From Camelus ferus (Eukaryota), in NCBI RefSeq assembly GCF_009834535.1, contig NC_045697.1, positions 74,588,001-74,652,000 of the forward strand: a stretch of DNA of 64,000 nt, read 5' to 3'. The translations under genes were made by a program, and so were the position numbers. Positions 1 through 12,936 of this stretch are shown piece after piece. Every line of letters starts with the position of its first letter. Positions within the stretch are counted from its first letter, which is position 1. Under the pieces are notes generated by a model. It was given only the letters and a program-made list of their open reading frames with translations. It had not been told where the DNA came from and did not search any database.

Positions 1-2400
1 ACTGAAGCACCTAGTGAGTAAGAACTATATTTTATACCATCTTCTAAAAAATTTATCCACAGCACTAAAGAGAGTAATATTTATTGGTTGGTATTAATAC
101 TAATGACATCTAAAAAACCAAGCATCACATTCTAACATATTAATTTTAAGCACTCAATTTATGAATCTCCTCATTACTATGCATATGCTTTTATTTTGCC
201 TTTAATTCTTTGAAAATAGTATTTAAGATTAATAGAGTTAGAAAGAAATGTCCCTTATTTCCTCAAAATGTAATCAAATGGGTATCCATAATAAGAGATT
301 ACAAATGGTCCATGAATTTTCCAGTCTTGGAAGGCCACAGGTAGGTAGTTTAGACACCTTGATCAAAGGAGATTTTAGAACCCACAGTCTCCATTCTTCA
401 CTGTGTTCTTGATACTAGAAAAGACCTAATGATAACCAATGACTCTTGTAAGTCATTTAGTTTGTGATTTCTCTCAATGTACTATGATTGACATACAGGT
501 GCCAATACTTGTTATTTAGATGTGGGAGAGAGGAAGATATGTGGTAACATAAGAGGATGCTGGACGGAAAAAGGAATGTTGTGAGGTTAAACGGTACAAA
601 TTTAAGAAATCTTGGTTTTAAAGCAGACTTTCAAAAGGAAATTTAGAAAATTTCACAAGTTGGGTCCTCTGGGAAGGTCATAAAAGGTGGGTGACTTTAT
701 TTTCTGTTCTTTATGCCCTTGGATCCACCCCCACTATAAGGCGACACAGAAATACTGATTCTCTTCATTTAGCTTATAATTAGTAAAACAACCAAGTCAG
801 GTCTCTGCCTAGTTCCAACTTTGAACCAAGTATTGCAGGATGACATAGAGGCACTCCTACATTGGGCTACTCATCCATACTCACTAAAGAACAATGGTCA
901 AGTGAGTTGCTTTGCTTTCTGCTGTTGTTTTTATTTATCCTGCAGAAAATAAAAGCAAAAAAAAAAAAAGTCTGACTATAAGTTTTGGAAAACTTAGATT
1001 GAATGTCACTTCCATACTGTGTGTATTTTTAAATTTCAAATAGTTAATTAAATAATTTGAAAGGAATTATCAGCAGAGTGGTATGTACATAAATTGTTTT
1101 AATTAATTTAGTAATAGTCCATCACATTAAAATAGAGTAACATAATGTTATGCTTTTTGGATGGTTTTCTGAGAGACTACAAATAAAGGCTCAACCAAAA
1201 GCAACATAAAAAGCTGAAAAATTAAAAGTATTTTAAACCCTTAAAGGAATAGATAAGAACTTCTGTATCAGGGGTCCCTGACCAATCAACTGGAATTGAA
1301 TGCTTCTTTTGCGGGTCCACTCACCTACTCTGCTAAGGAATTTCTGGTATCCCTGAAGCCCTAACACCAGGACCATGAACATTTATACTCTCTTCAAACT
1401 CAGGGGCCTCACAGTTTAGGGAAATTAGAAACTTTTCACAAAAAGATGGGGATGTATCATTTAAAATAGTAGGCTCCCAAACTGTTTTCAGTAATCTCAG
1501 ATTCTAGGGATTACTTGAGGAGCTCTGTAAATGTATGGTTTTAATTTCATTTTAAAATTTCATTTCAAAAATTATGATTGAAAATATGCACATGAAAATT
1601 TACATGCCAATTTTAGTATATAAGAAACCACCAGTCTGCTTCCCTCATCCACTTATAACCCTCATTTATAGTTAGTAAATGCTATAAATATTAACTTATG
1701 AAAAAATTAATTGTGAAAAAATTCATTTATATTTTATATGTTGAGTTTCTAGAAAGATTTTATTTTAAAAGGGAGTTACCTTGTTCAAAAAAATTTGAAA
1801 ACCATTTATTTAGATTCTAGAGTATAGAGAATCAAGGTCTGCTTTACAAGAATCTAACAGATGATGAAAATATAGGGGGAAAGGCTGAACTATCGCTATT
1901 TTGTAACTTTTCATACTTTAACGCCAGGAAAAAACACCAGAAGTTGTGGTACACTTAATAGTAAAATGTCAGTGAAAAATACTTTAACATGCTCTCTATA
2001 AGCCAATATTTTGATAATTATAATAAATAAAAGTTCAGTGTTGAGATCTGGCAAACTTTCCTTTAGGCTATGAGGTAGACCAGGTAAATACTTACTTTTC
2101 ATCTTTGCCAAAATTTAACCTATAGCAGGAAGGATTCAAGCTTCCCCAAGAACAGAAATATACATCAGAGAAACACAAAAACCAAGAAAATAGCCCACTA
2201 TTCTGGTGGTGTTTGGAAAACATTTTAAGGTCTCTGGTATGTAATATTATCTTATGAAACATTATGCAAGTCTATTCTAGCATCCAGTTTGAGAGTTACT
2301 TAGCTATCTGAATTCAGAGGAATCCCAGATATGTTCAGTTTTTACCACACGCCCTTTAAGAGGAAAGGAAGCAATATGAATAAAGCAGTACCACCCTTTA

Positions 2401-2598
<198 letters not shown>

Positions 2599-4972
2599 CT
2601 AAAAAAAAATGCACAAACAACACAAATATTGAGAATATTAGATACAGACAAACTACAGCCAGTATACAATAACTTCAGGTTTTTGACATGAATCACTATA
2701 GCATATGGGAGAACAGGAGACTATTTTAGCAGTCTACTTTGTAGCTGTATTCCCCATTACTGAGGTTTGCTGTTTTATTAGTCACACATATAGGAAAGCA
2801 TTATTATTTTGCTTCACTATAAGCTTCTGGCTCAAATGTGATAGAAAGAGATGAGGCAAATTTTTCCTTATGAGAGCGCTGTTAATCTTTAAAACCAGCT
2901 CCTTTAAGCACATTTCATCTTTCTTGAAGTATAATTACTATTGTTGTGAACTGCATTAATTATAGCTCTGGTAATACGAGAAATTATTTTGTAACTCAGT
3001 ATACATGCAAATTAAAGGAGTTGGTTCCAATATATATTGGACTTTTATAACATGATTTATGTTATATGTGAATGGTTGAGTGGAAATTAGATTCTCAGAG
3101 ATTAATGAAAGCAACATAATGCTTTTTTAGATATTAAAGCAAATTCACAATGTATTTTAATTGTAAAGGAGGTAAAAATCAGACTCAAGGCTATCAAACC
3201 AGTATGTGTTTGTTACATGGCATAAGACAGATTCACACTAAGGGCAATTTACAATTATCCTCCATGTTATTTAGTAGGGAGAAGGATTCCTTCCCTCCAA
3301 CCCCCATAAAAGGCAACGCAATACAACTTAATTCAACATAAATTTGTGGAACGCTAGTAAATACTCTTGAAAACTTATTTAACATAATTTGAGAATTTAA
3401 GAATTTTCAGAATTTACTTGTTTGAAAATATGATATTCAAAAGAAACATTTAATTTATATGCTTAATAAGTTTTCAAAACGGAGTCTAATTATTATCTCA
3501 TTTGCTCATTTTTTCTCTTTTCTCAATTCCATTGTAGGATTCCACATTTCCAATTTTCAATTTAGGCTTTCTAGGCAGGAGAGAATAAAGCCTATGAATC
3601 ACTTATCAGACAGAATTGTTTTGGGGAAAAAAAAAAGTTTTCAATTGGAATTTGAGTATCAGGTCTCATCCCTTGGATTTCCCTGACTAGGTCATAAATT
3701 ATTTAAGGCACTTGTTCTCTCACTTCATTAGCTTTTAAATAGAAATGGAAATTGCTAAGCTGTATGGGTTTGTTGCTCTTAATAAAAAATAGGCATTAGG
3801 AATTTAAATTTTTTAATATTAGGAATTAAAGCTACTTAAACATTCTGAAATTAAAAGTGCTCCAGAAAGATCAAAGAGCTTTAAAACCAGCAAATCATAC
3901 ACTCAATGCTTCGATCTCCTTTTCCATTAGACCGCAATCTCTACAGGTATTTTTCCCAGCCCTCAAATGAAGTTGTACATTTATGAAGACAAAGAACTTT
4001 TGATTACTCTAGTTCTGCTTTCAGTCATTTAGTGATGGCTGTGGCATTTCAAAAGGAGGTTTCTTCTGAATGAAAGGTGTGCCTGACTGATGAAGAAAAG
4101 AATTTGACCAATGTATTCTCTTTGAAGAACTGATTGATTTAAGAAAGATTTGACCTTAGCATTGGTTCCAATCAAATGTATCACGTGAGTCTTTCAAAGG
4201 AAAGAGCAATTGCCAAGTGAAATGGTAAGATCAGGAGAAAGGAATCACTGACAAATTCATAAGTTTCTCAACTTTTTTGAGTGTGTATCAGCAAAGAACT
4301 TTAATATGTTGCATGCACGTTCCTCTGCGAATTAACTCTAGGAGATTAGTAAGTTATACTTAGGACAAATTATACAACTTTGCTTTATGAAGAAAATAAT
4401 TGTTATCAAAAATACAGAATCTAGTTTTTCTTTTATTAGACAGCTTTGTATGAAGTTTTACTATTCATTTACAATTTCCACTTAGGGGCATAAAAATAAA
4501 ACTTCCTTTACACAATTTTTGTCTTATTTAGTATCATTTACACTGGCATTTTCTTGTGTAACTATGGTTTCAAATTCACGAAATTTTGTTTATGGACAAT
4601 GGACAAGAATTTAGGATAAATATAGGACAACCCTGAATATGTCTATTAATGTATTGTTTCTGCCCAAGAACCTGTATATAATCCATATGAAACCTAAACA
4701 TCCAAATATTAGAAACCAACTGGTGTGAGAATGACTTTTTAAAAAAATAATATTCTATTGCCAACCTAGAATCAGAATTTATTCACAGTGTTACTGATAA
4801 AAATCATCTTTCAGTAGAGTGAAGGCCTCTGAAAGGGCTATCTGGATGTATCAGTGATAATGCTAAGCAAGAAAAGCAAAAATCTAAACCTGGTAACAAG
4901 ACAAGTATTTTGCTGTGTCCATTAAACTACTGGGAGAATGACTCTGTCATGGTAGACTGAAATGACAGACTT

Positions 4973-6203
4973 CATCTTTTTGTATATGGTGTTAGAGAAT
5001 GTACTAAATTCATTCTTGTACATATAGCTGTCCAGTTTTCCCAGCACCACTTACTGAAGAGACTGTCTTTTCTCTATTGTATATTCTTGCCTCCTTTGTC
5101 TCCATCATTAGTGTGTGGGTTTATTTCTGACCTTTCCATCCTGTTCCATTGATCTATGTGTCTGTTTTTGTGCCAGTACTATTCTGTTTCGATTACTGTA
5201 GCTTTGTAGTATATAGTTCGAAGTCAGGGAGTGTAATTCCTCCAGTTCTGTTCTTCTTACTCAGGATTGTTTTGGCTATTCAGGATCTTCTGTGTTTCCA
5301 TACAAATTTAAAAATTATTCATTCTAGTTTTGTGAAAAATGCCAATGGCATTTTGATAGGGATTGTGTTAAATCTGTAGACTGCCTTGGGTAGTATGGTC
5401 ATTTTTACAATATTAATTCTTCCAATCCAAGAACATGGCATATCTTTTCATCTGTTTCCATCTTCAACTTCTTTCAGCAGTGTCTTATAGTTTTCTGAGT
5501 ACAGGTCTTTTACCTCCTTAGGTTTATTCCTAGGTATTTTATTTTTTTGATACAGTGGTAAATGAAACTGTTTCCTTAATATCTCTTCCTGATAGTTCAT
5601 TGTTAATGTATAGAAATGCAATGGATTTCTGTATATTGATTTTGTATCCTGCTTTACCAAATTCAAGATGGGCTCTAGTATTTTTCTGGTAACATCTTTA
5701 GGATTTTCTATGTATAGTTACAATGTCATCTGCAAACAGTGACCAATTTACTTCTTCCTTCCTAATTTGGATTCCTTTTATTTCTTTTTCTTCTCTGCTG
5801 TGACTAGGACTTCCAATACCATGTTGAATAAAAGTGGTGAGAGTAAGATCCTTGTCTTGTTCCTGGTATTAGAGAAACTGCTTCTTGTTTTTCACTATTG
5901 AGTATGATGTTTGCTGCGGGTTTGTTACACATGGTCTCTATTATGTTGAAGTATTTTCCCTCAATGCCTGCTTTCTGGACAGGTTTTTTTCTTTTTGTCA
6001 TAAATAGATGCTGAATTCTGTCAAATGTTTTTCTGCAACTATTGAGATAAGTCATATGGTTTTTATTCTTCAATTTGTTAATGTGGTGTATCACATTTAC
6101 TGATTACAAATATTGAAAAATCCTTGCATCCCTGGGATAAATCCCATTGATCAAGGTGTATAATCCTTTTAATGTACTGTTGGATTTGGTATGCTAACAC
6201 TTG
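4973..6203 (-). mobile_element. L1 ORF2 internal fragment (reverse transcriptase region), truncated at both ends
   Basis: Degenerate ORF2-like peptides (IHHINKLKNKNHM..., GIEGKYFNII..., GTRQG, KEVKDLYSENYKTLLKE); candidate target-site duplication (TSD) at 4958-4972 and 6204-6218. Confidence 0.92.
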
Positions 6204-6399
6204 TGAAATGGTAGATTTTTAATGAGGGTATGCTTGTATACCCTTATGCTGCATATGCAACCAACAACAATAAGGGTATAAATGTATACACTTATGTTTC
6301 ATATGCAAAAGGTCCTAAATAAATATAAAGGCATATTAACTTTGAGAATACAGAGACAGTATCTAGAATTCTCATATTTTCTGTAATGGATTCTTGCAC

Positions 6400-7665
6400 T
6401 AACAGTGCAGTTACTCAGGACAAAAATCTGAAAATCAGCACAGACTCTTCATTCTTCCTTATTCCTCATTCCCATCTAACACATCCCCAAGTTTCACCAA
6501 AATAATTCCTGAATCTGTTCCCTGGTTCACTGCCCTATCTCAGCGCTTCCATTGTCCCTTACATGGACTGTAAAAGCTGTTTCCTCTTTTCCTATTTCCT
6601 TTTTTCACTGCTTCCCTCTTCATCTAAATTCATCTCTTTTAATCTATATTCCAAATGCCATTTGAGTCAAAAATAAAAATCTGATCATGTAAATTTTATA
6701 ATTAAAACACCTCAATGGCTTCTAGACATTGATAGAGTGAAATCCAAATTCCTTGGTATAGTGTACAAAGCCCTTTATTAATTGATCCCTGTCTATAGCA
6801 GGCAGGAGACCATAGGCTTTGGAGTCAGATTGTCAGGACTCAAATCTTGGCCAGCCACTCATCAGTATGTGGCTTTTGGTATAATATATATCCTTTCTGG
6901 CCAATTTCTTCAGCTATCAAGTGGATAACAGTCGCTATCTGAACCCTCCTGGGCAATGGTAAGAATTAAACGTTAATTTATATAAACTACTTAGAATAGT
7001 GTCTGACACACTGTTAAGAGTTCAATAAATGTTTGTTGTCTTTCACCTTTTTTCTCACCCCTCACCACCTTGTACCTTATGTGTCAGCAGTAGCAGACTG
7101 TTTGCCTTTTCATACCACTGTGCCTTTGTCCATGTTGTTTCCTCTGCTTAGAATGCCACAATTTGTCCATCTAATTAATCTCTGCTTACCTTACAAGTAT
7201 TAGCTCAAACATTACCTTCTCTGTGAAGAAAGTGTCTTTTTAATTCCTCACAGAATTATTTAGTTTCTCCTCTGTGTCCCCATAGGTGTCTGGTACACAT
7301 CTTTATTGTAATAGGATTATTTACTTCCCACTAGGCTGAAAGCTCCTTAAGGATAAGGAAAATGACTTTTACGCCTGTTTTCCCCAGGTCTCAGCATATA
7401 AATGAATAATATAGTATTTCTAAATCTTCTATTACTTTTCCTGAGTAACTCTGTGCTGTGGGGTATGTATACGTTCCCCAAACAACCTGTACATACCTCT
7501 ATCATAGTAATTACCATATTTATAATGTATTATCTATTTCTCCACTTCACTTACAAAATCCTTGAGTACAAGTTCTATGTCTTTTCATATTTGTATCTCC
7601 AAAAGAAAGCACAAGGTTTGGCAAAAAGAAATTCAATAGATAGTTAATGAATGAGTGAGTGAATA
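6400..7665 (+). mobile_element. Ancient L2 fragments with an embedded MIR (about 6800-7035)
   Basis: L2-like pyrimidine-rich text ending atgaatgagtgagtgaata; MIR-like ggctttggagtcaga...ttcaataaatgtt. Confidence 0.65.
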
Positions 7666-8348
7666 AAAATATGATTAAATAATTTTACAGAGCATATTCT
7701 ATTCTTATGTCTGGATTACTAGGCAGATTCTTCAGGGATGGCAAATCATCAGATTCTCTCTAGCCTCTGGGCATTGTGATGGTTAATCAAGAACACTGAA
7801 ATCTATATCTGCTGCAGTAATTTCTCACAGTCATCTTCCCTTTTCTCAACTGAAAAATTGAAGATGACAGTTGCCACCATATAAGCTTACAAAATGTACT
7901 CTAATTAATTGAAAGAAGTTAGATGAATATAAAGAAGGTAAAGAAATAAAAACAAACTGTCTTTAGGAAAGCAGGCAAAATAATTTAGTGATAATAAATA
8001 TATGAATGAAGGAAAAATAAATACTACAGTTGATAGTTTGGAGAAAATCAATGAAACTGGAAAATCTATGTATAAACTGTATGCATAATTAGAAATGAGA
8101 AAAATATAAATATGTTTTATAGTCTTTTTCTTTCTTTATTTTCTTTATATATCTCTTTATCTTTCTTTATCTATCTCTTTATCTTCTTATCTATATCTTT
8201 TTAATTATCTATAAATGAGAAAGAGAATAAGCATGTAAAAATATTTGAAAAAATAAAAAATACTGATTCCAAATAGTCCCAAGAGTACAAAATCTGAATA
8301 GACCTATATATCCACAGGCCTAAGTAGAGATGAAGAGAATTATGAATG

Positions 8349-8349
<1 letters not shown>

Positions 8350-8391
<42 letters not shown>
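8350..8391. repeat. (TG)21 microsatellite
   Basis: Perfect dinucleotide run read directly. Confidence 0.98.
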
Positions 8392-8392
<1 letters not shown>

Positions 8393-8710
8393 AAAAGTCA
8401 CAGAAAAGCTGAATAGACTGTGGAAATACAGGTAAATTTTTAAGGTTTTGAAATAAGTACTATAAAGGAAGGTGCCAAATACATTTTCTCCCCAAACAAC
8501 TCTCTCATTTTCAAAGAATAGGGAATCCCTATAACTGTTAGATGGCAGAGAAAACATTGAAAGGTTATTTTATGAAGCTACCTTAACCTAATACTTATAT
8601 CTGATAAAGATGGCACTAATCACACCTCTCCCAATAGTCCTTATAAATTTTTTTAAAATTTCAAAACTAGAAAACTGAATGTAGTAGCAATTTAAAAGAA
8701 TAGTATATTA

Positions 8711-9313
8711 CTTCAAAATGACACCTGCACCCCAATGTTCATAGCAGCACTATTTACAATAGTCAAGACATGGAACAGCCTAAATGTCCATCAACAGATG
8801 ACTGGATAAAGAAGACAGTGGTATATTTATACAATGGAATACTATTCAGCCATAAAAACCAACAACATAATGCCATTTGCAGCAACATGGATGTTACTGG
8901 AGAATGTCATTCTAAGTGAAGTAAGCCAGAAAGAGAAAGAAAAATACCATATGAGATCGCTCATATGCAGAATCTAAAAAAAAAAATAAAACCAAACAAA
9001 CATAAATACAAAACAGAAACAGATTCATAGACATAGAATACAAACTTGTGGTTGCCAGGGGGATGGGGTGGTGGGAAGGGACAGACTAGGATTTCAAAAT
9101 GTAGAATAGATAAACAAGATTGTGCTGTGTAGCACAGGGAAATATATACAGGATCTTGTGGTGGCTCACAACAAAAAAGAATGTGACAATGAATGTATGT
9201 ATGTTCATGTATAACTGAAAAATTGTGCTCTACACTGGAATTTGACACAACATTGTAAAATGACTATAACACAATAAAAAAAAAAAAAGGAAAAAAAAGA
9301 AAAATAATTAAAT
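8711..9313 (+). mobile_element. Younger 5'-truncated L1 (ORF2 end, 3'UTR, A-tail)
   Basis: ccaatgttcatagcagcactatttacaatag...atgccatttgcagcaacatggatg; A-rich tail 9276-9313; TSD aaaagaatagtatatta (8694-8710) / aaaagaatggcatatta (9314-9330). Confidence 0.93.
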
Positions 9314-9971
9314 AAAAGAATGGCATATTATGACCAAATAGGGCATATTCCAGGAATGAAGAATGGTTCAATATTGGGACAATTTTTAAAATAATTCATC
9401 ATCTTTAATTAGTCAAAGGATACAAAATATGTAAACATCACTATAAGTGACATAAAGCCAAATGTGATAAAATTTCACACTTATTCCTAATTTTAGAAAA
9501 AGGAAAACTCATGGTAAACACATATCAGAAGGAAAGTTAATTAGAATGATGAAAGATGTTCATTCAGATAGATCTTCTTTATCTCAAATATTTGACATTA
9601 TACTTAATGATGAACCACAAAGGCAGACATTAAAATAAAAGTGCAGAAATATATTATAACTATCAGCATCACTATTTATTACCTGCTATGGAAGTTGCTG
9701 TGAAGTCAATAAGAAAATTAAATAAGGGGCATAAATATCAGAAAAAAGAAATATATGATTTTTAGATGATATAACAGTCTGCATAAAAATCTAAAATAAT
9801 CAGAGTTAAATTCAATAAAAATGGTAAGAATCTGGTAAAGTTTTAGTTACAACATACATACAACAGCATCACTCGCTTTTCTCTATAGTAACAGTAGCCA
9901 GTCAGAAAACACCAGGAGCAAGAACTTTCAATCACACAATCAAAATATTTCTTGAAAATAAAATACTTAGA

Positions 9972-10110
9972 GGGAGCAGGTATAGCTCAAGTGGTAGGGC
10001 ACATGCTTAGCATGCACAAGGTCCTGTATTCAATCCCCAGTACCTCCTCTAACCATCAATAAATAAATAAACCTAATTACCCACCCCTGAAAATAATAAA
10101 TAAATAAAAG
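9972..10110 (+). mobile_element. tRNA-Ala-derived SINE, camelid Vic-1 type
   Basis: tRNA-like head with A box (tagctcaagtgg) and degenerate B box (attcaatcc), (taaa)n tail, exact 13-bp TSD taaaatacttaga (9959-9971 / 10111-10123). Confidence 0.88.
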
Positions 10111-10977
10111 TAAAATACTTAGAAATAAGAGAATCATATTTAAAGAAAATGAGAGTTGTGGTGGGAATTTGAAAAACCTGAGAGACACAAGATGCTACCT
10201 GGAAAGAAAGATTCAATATTACAAGATCTTTATTTTTCTTCAGAGTAATGTATTAATATTTGACAACTTGATCAAAACCCCAAAATGATCTTTTTTTGAT
10301 TTTGAAACATAAATTCTAAAGTTCATTTGACAGACTAAATAGGTGAGAATGTCAAGAAAATAATGAAAAATAATAAAATACATTGTCATATATTAAAATT
10401 ATATACAATCAACACTATACAATACTGCAGCAGAATACACTACAAGATTAACATGACATAATGTGATGCACAGAAACAGACTCAAACATACATAAGTATC
10501 TGGTAAAAGAATAGGACTACATGTTATTTCACTGGGGAAAGGGTGTTTTATGTAGGATAATGTTGGCATTTATTAACTGCAATAAAATAAAAGTATGTTT
10601 CATCTTATACTATAGAGCAAAATGATTTATAGGTGGAACTAAAAATAATGTGTAAAAAGTGGAATCATAAAAAATGAGAAAAAGTATTGAATACTAGAAA
10701 TACTTATAAGCATGTAGCAAAAGCTAAACTTTTAAAGAAGAGCAGTGTATGTGAAAAATAAAAATTTAAAATGCCCGTAATATATAAAGAACTCTTTTAA
10801 TCAATAAGATAAACCAATAAGAAATAAAATCTGCTTAGTTGAAAAGAAAGGACGGGAGATGTAAACACATACTTCACAAAATAAATACAACTAGTTAATA
10901 AAATTTTTTTGCCTCACTAATAATCACAGAAATATAAAAAAAATATGCACAGTCATAGAAATGCAAAAACTAGGTAA

Positions 10978-11452
10978 GTGTTCTGGATATCTTTTGTTTG
11001 CCCTTCCAGATTGACTCTTCTCTGGCTTCCACCTTGTTCTTTGCTTTGTGTGGCAACCTAGCTGGACTGCAAGAGGGAGCCTAGGTCCTCTGGCTTTCCG
11101 GTGGGTACAAACAACAGGGAGAGTAAGGTCAGGATTTTACTCCCCTGGTGCCCTACTTGAAAAGTCACCTTGGTCCAGCTATGTCCACTGACCAAAGGGC
11201 ACTGTTCCTCTCAAGAGGGATTTCTCTACCTGTTTCTCTTTTTTCATGTTCTGATACCCTCTTTCTCCCGCACGCTTTTAGCCTTTGAGTGGTAACAGGG
11301 CTGTCACTAATATCCATAATTTACTGCATTATCTCTTGTACTTTCACCAATATGTCACCATCATCTTTGTAATTATTATCTCTGAAAATGAAACATTCTT
11401 GAATTATCCTAATTTGAGTGTACCATCTTTTGCTGTTGGTTGAACTCTGACA
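10978..11452 (+). mobile_element. Ancient ERVL solo LTR (LTR33/LTR16-like)
   Basis: GC-richer block ending aattatcctaatttgagtgtaccatct...ctgaca, resembling the recalled LTR33 3' end. Confidence 0.6.
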
Positions 11453-11861
11453 GGAAGGGATTAGGGAAAAACTCTAAATTATATATGTTTTAGATGTGTG
11501 AAATTAACATAAACTCTCTGGAGAAAAAAATGGAAATATATTAAAAAATTTCAAATACGCATGCCTTTCAATAAAGAAACTTATATTTAGAAATTTGTTC
11601 CATGGACATAACCACAGACTGTACAAAGTTGTATGGGAAAATATTTATTGAATTATTGTTTTTCTTAAATTATGAAAAACTATGTCAACACATGATAAAA
11701 GGGGTGGGATGAATAAATACCAATGAATTCATATAAAAATACCATTTATCCATTAAATTTATATTTTAGAAAAAATTTTTTACTTGAGATTCTCAGGATA
11801 TATTATCAAGGGGAAAAAGACCCTATAAGACAATAAATTCCCTATGATATCAGTTTGGTGA

Positions 11862-11915
<54 letters not shown>

Positions 11916-11980
11916 CTATATATATATATATATATAAATATGTATATTTATCTATATATATACATCCATATATATATATG
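11862..11980. repeat. Compound (TG)n(TA)n microsatellite
   Basis: Read directly. Confidence 0.95.
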
Positions 11981-12887
11981 AATGATGCACAGAAACTGTA
12001 CAAGTGGTAGTTTATAATGAGTGGAATTTGTCTTTTTTCTTAATGCTTTTCTGTGTTAAAGTTTTATTCATTAATTAATTCATTATGAGCTATTTTTGAA
12101 AATTTAAAAGTTAATAAAAATATGAGATTCGTTTTCAACCAGCATTATTATATACTCCTCTTAAATACTTTATGAATCTTATCTATCTGAAGACAGTTCT
12201 TGTCAAATGTTTACACAATACAAAAAGGCTTTATGAATGAGAACTCATGGCTATATTCACCATTGTAGGAACTAAGATTTGGCATTGGAAAACATGTAGA
12301 GATGTTATAGGAAGACAATAAAATCATTACTATTTTTAAATTCAGATAAACATTTAAAATGATTTTAAACAGATCAGAAAGTAGAGCAGACTTTCATGCA
12401 TTCAAGTTTGGAAAGGAGACATAACAATTTAATATAGACAACTAGATAAAAAATGTTTGCGGTTCACTGGAATGTTACATTGGTAAAGACTACTCTGTCT
12501 TTTGCTTGAAGAAATATTTCAATAAACTGATGTTTATCCACCACTTCATCAAATGTATGAAGAATTTAGAGAAAAGGGCCTGTTCGCCACATGGAAGAAT
12601 GTTTAATATACTTTTCCAAACTTCAACCACCACAAATGTAAACTACATTATCATCAGTATTTTTCCTAGCTTAACATTAGATAGTAGAAATTATTTAGTA
12701 GACTACTGCTTAAATGACTGATATTTTTCTTAGCAAGAATTGTGTTTCCTTTAAGAGTAATATATTTTGATCCTGTACTCAGAAACAACTCCATATGTGA
12801 TCATACTCATAATGTATGTTAGAAGGTTAAAAACAAAACAACAGACAACTTTCCTTATGGAAGGAAGCCGTTTTCATATTTTATGCT

Positions 12888-12936
12888 TGTGTGTGTGTGT
12901 GTGTGTGTGTGTGCTGTGTGTGTGCGTGGTGTGTGT
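12888..12936. repeat. Imperfect (TG)n microsatellite
   Basis: Read directly. Confidence 0.95.

Larger units (their letters stand above)
7950..10960 (+). mobile_element. Old, degraded L1M ORF2 remnant hosting younger insertions
   Basis: A-rich strand with L1 ORF2-like motifs (aaaatcaatgaaac, ttttatgaagcta, gaatggttcaatat, gaaagattcaatatt, attctaaaagttcat). Confidence 0.7.

Noticed and set aside
9972..10045. Possible tRNA-Ala gene
   Set aside because: Followed by a SINE body and tail and flanked by a TSD, with a degenerate B box; it is a SINE head
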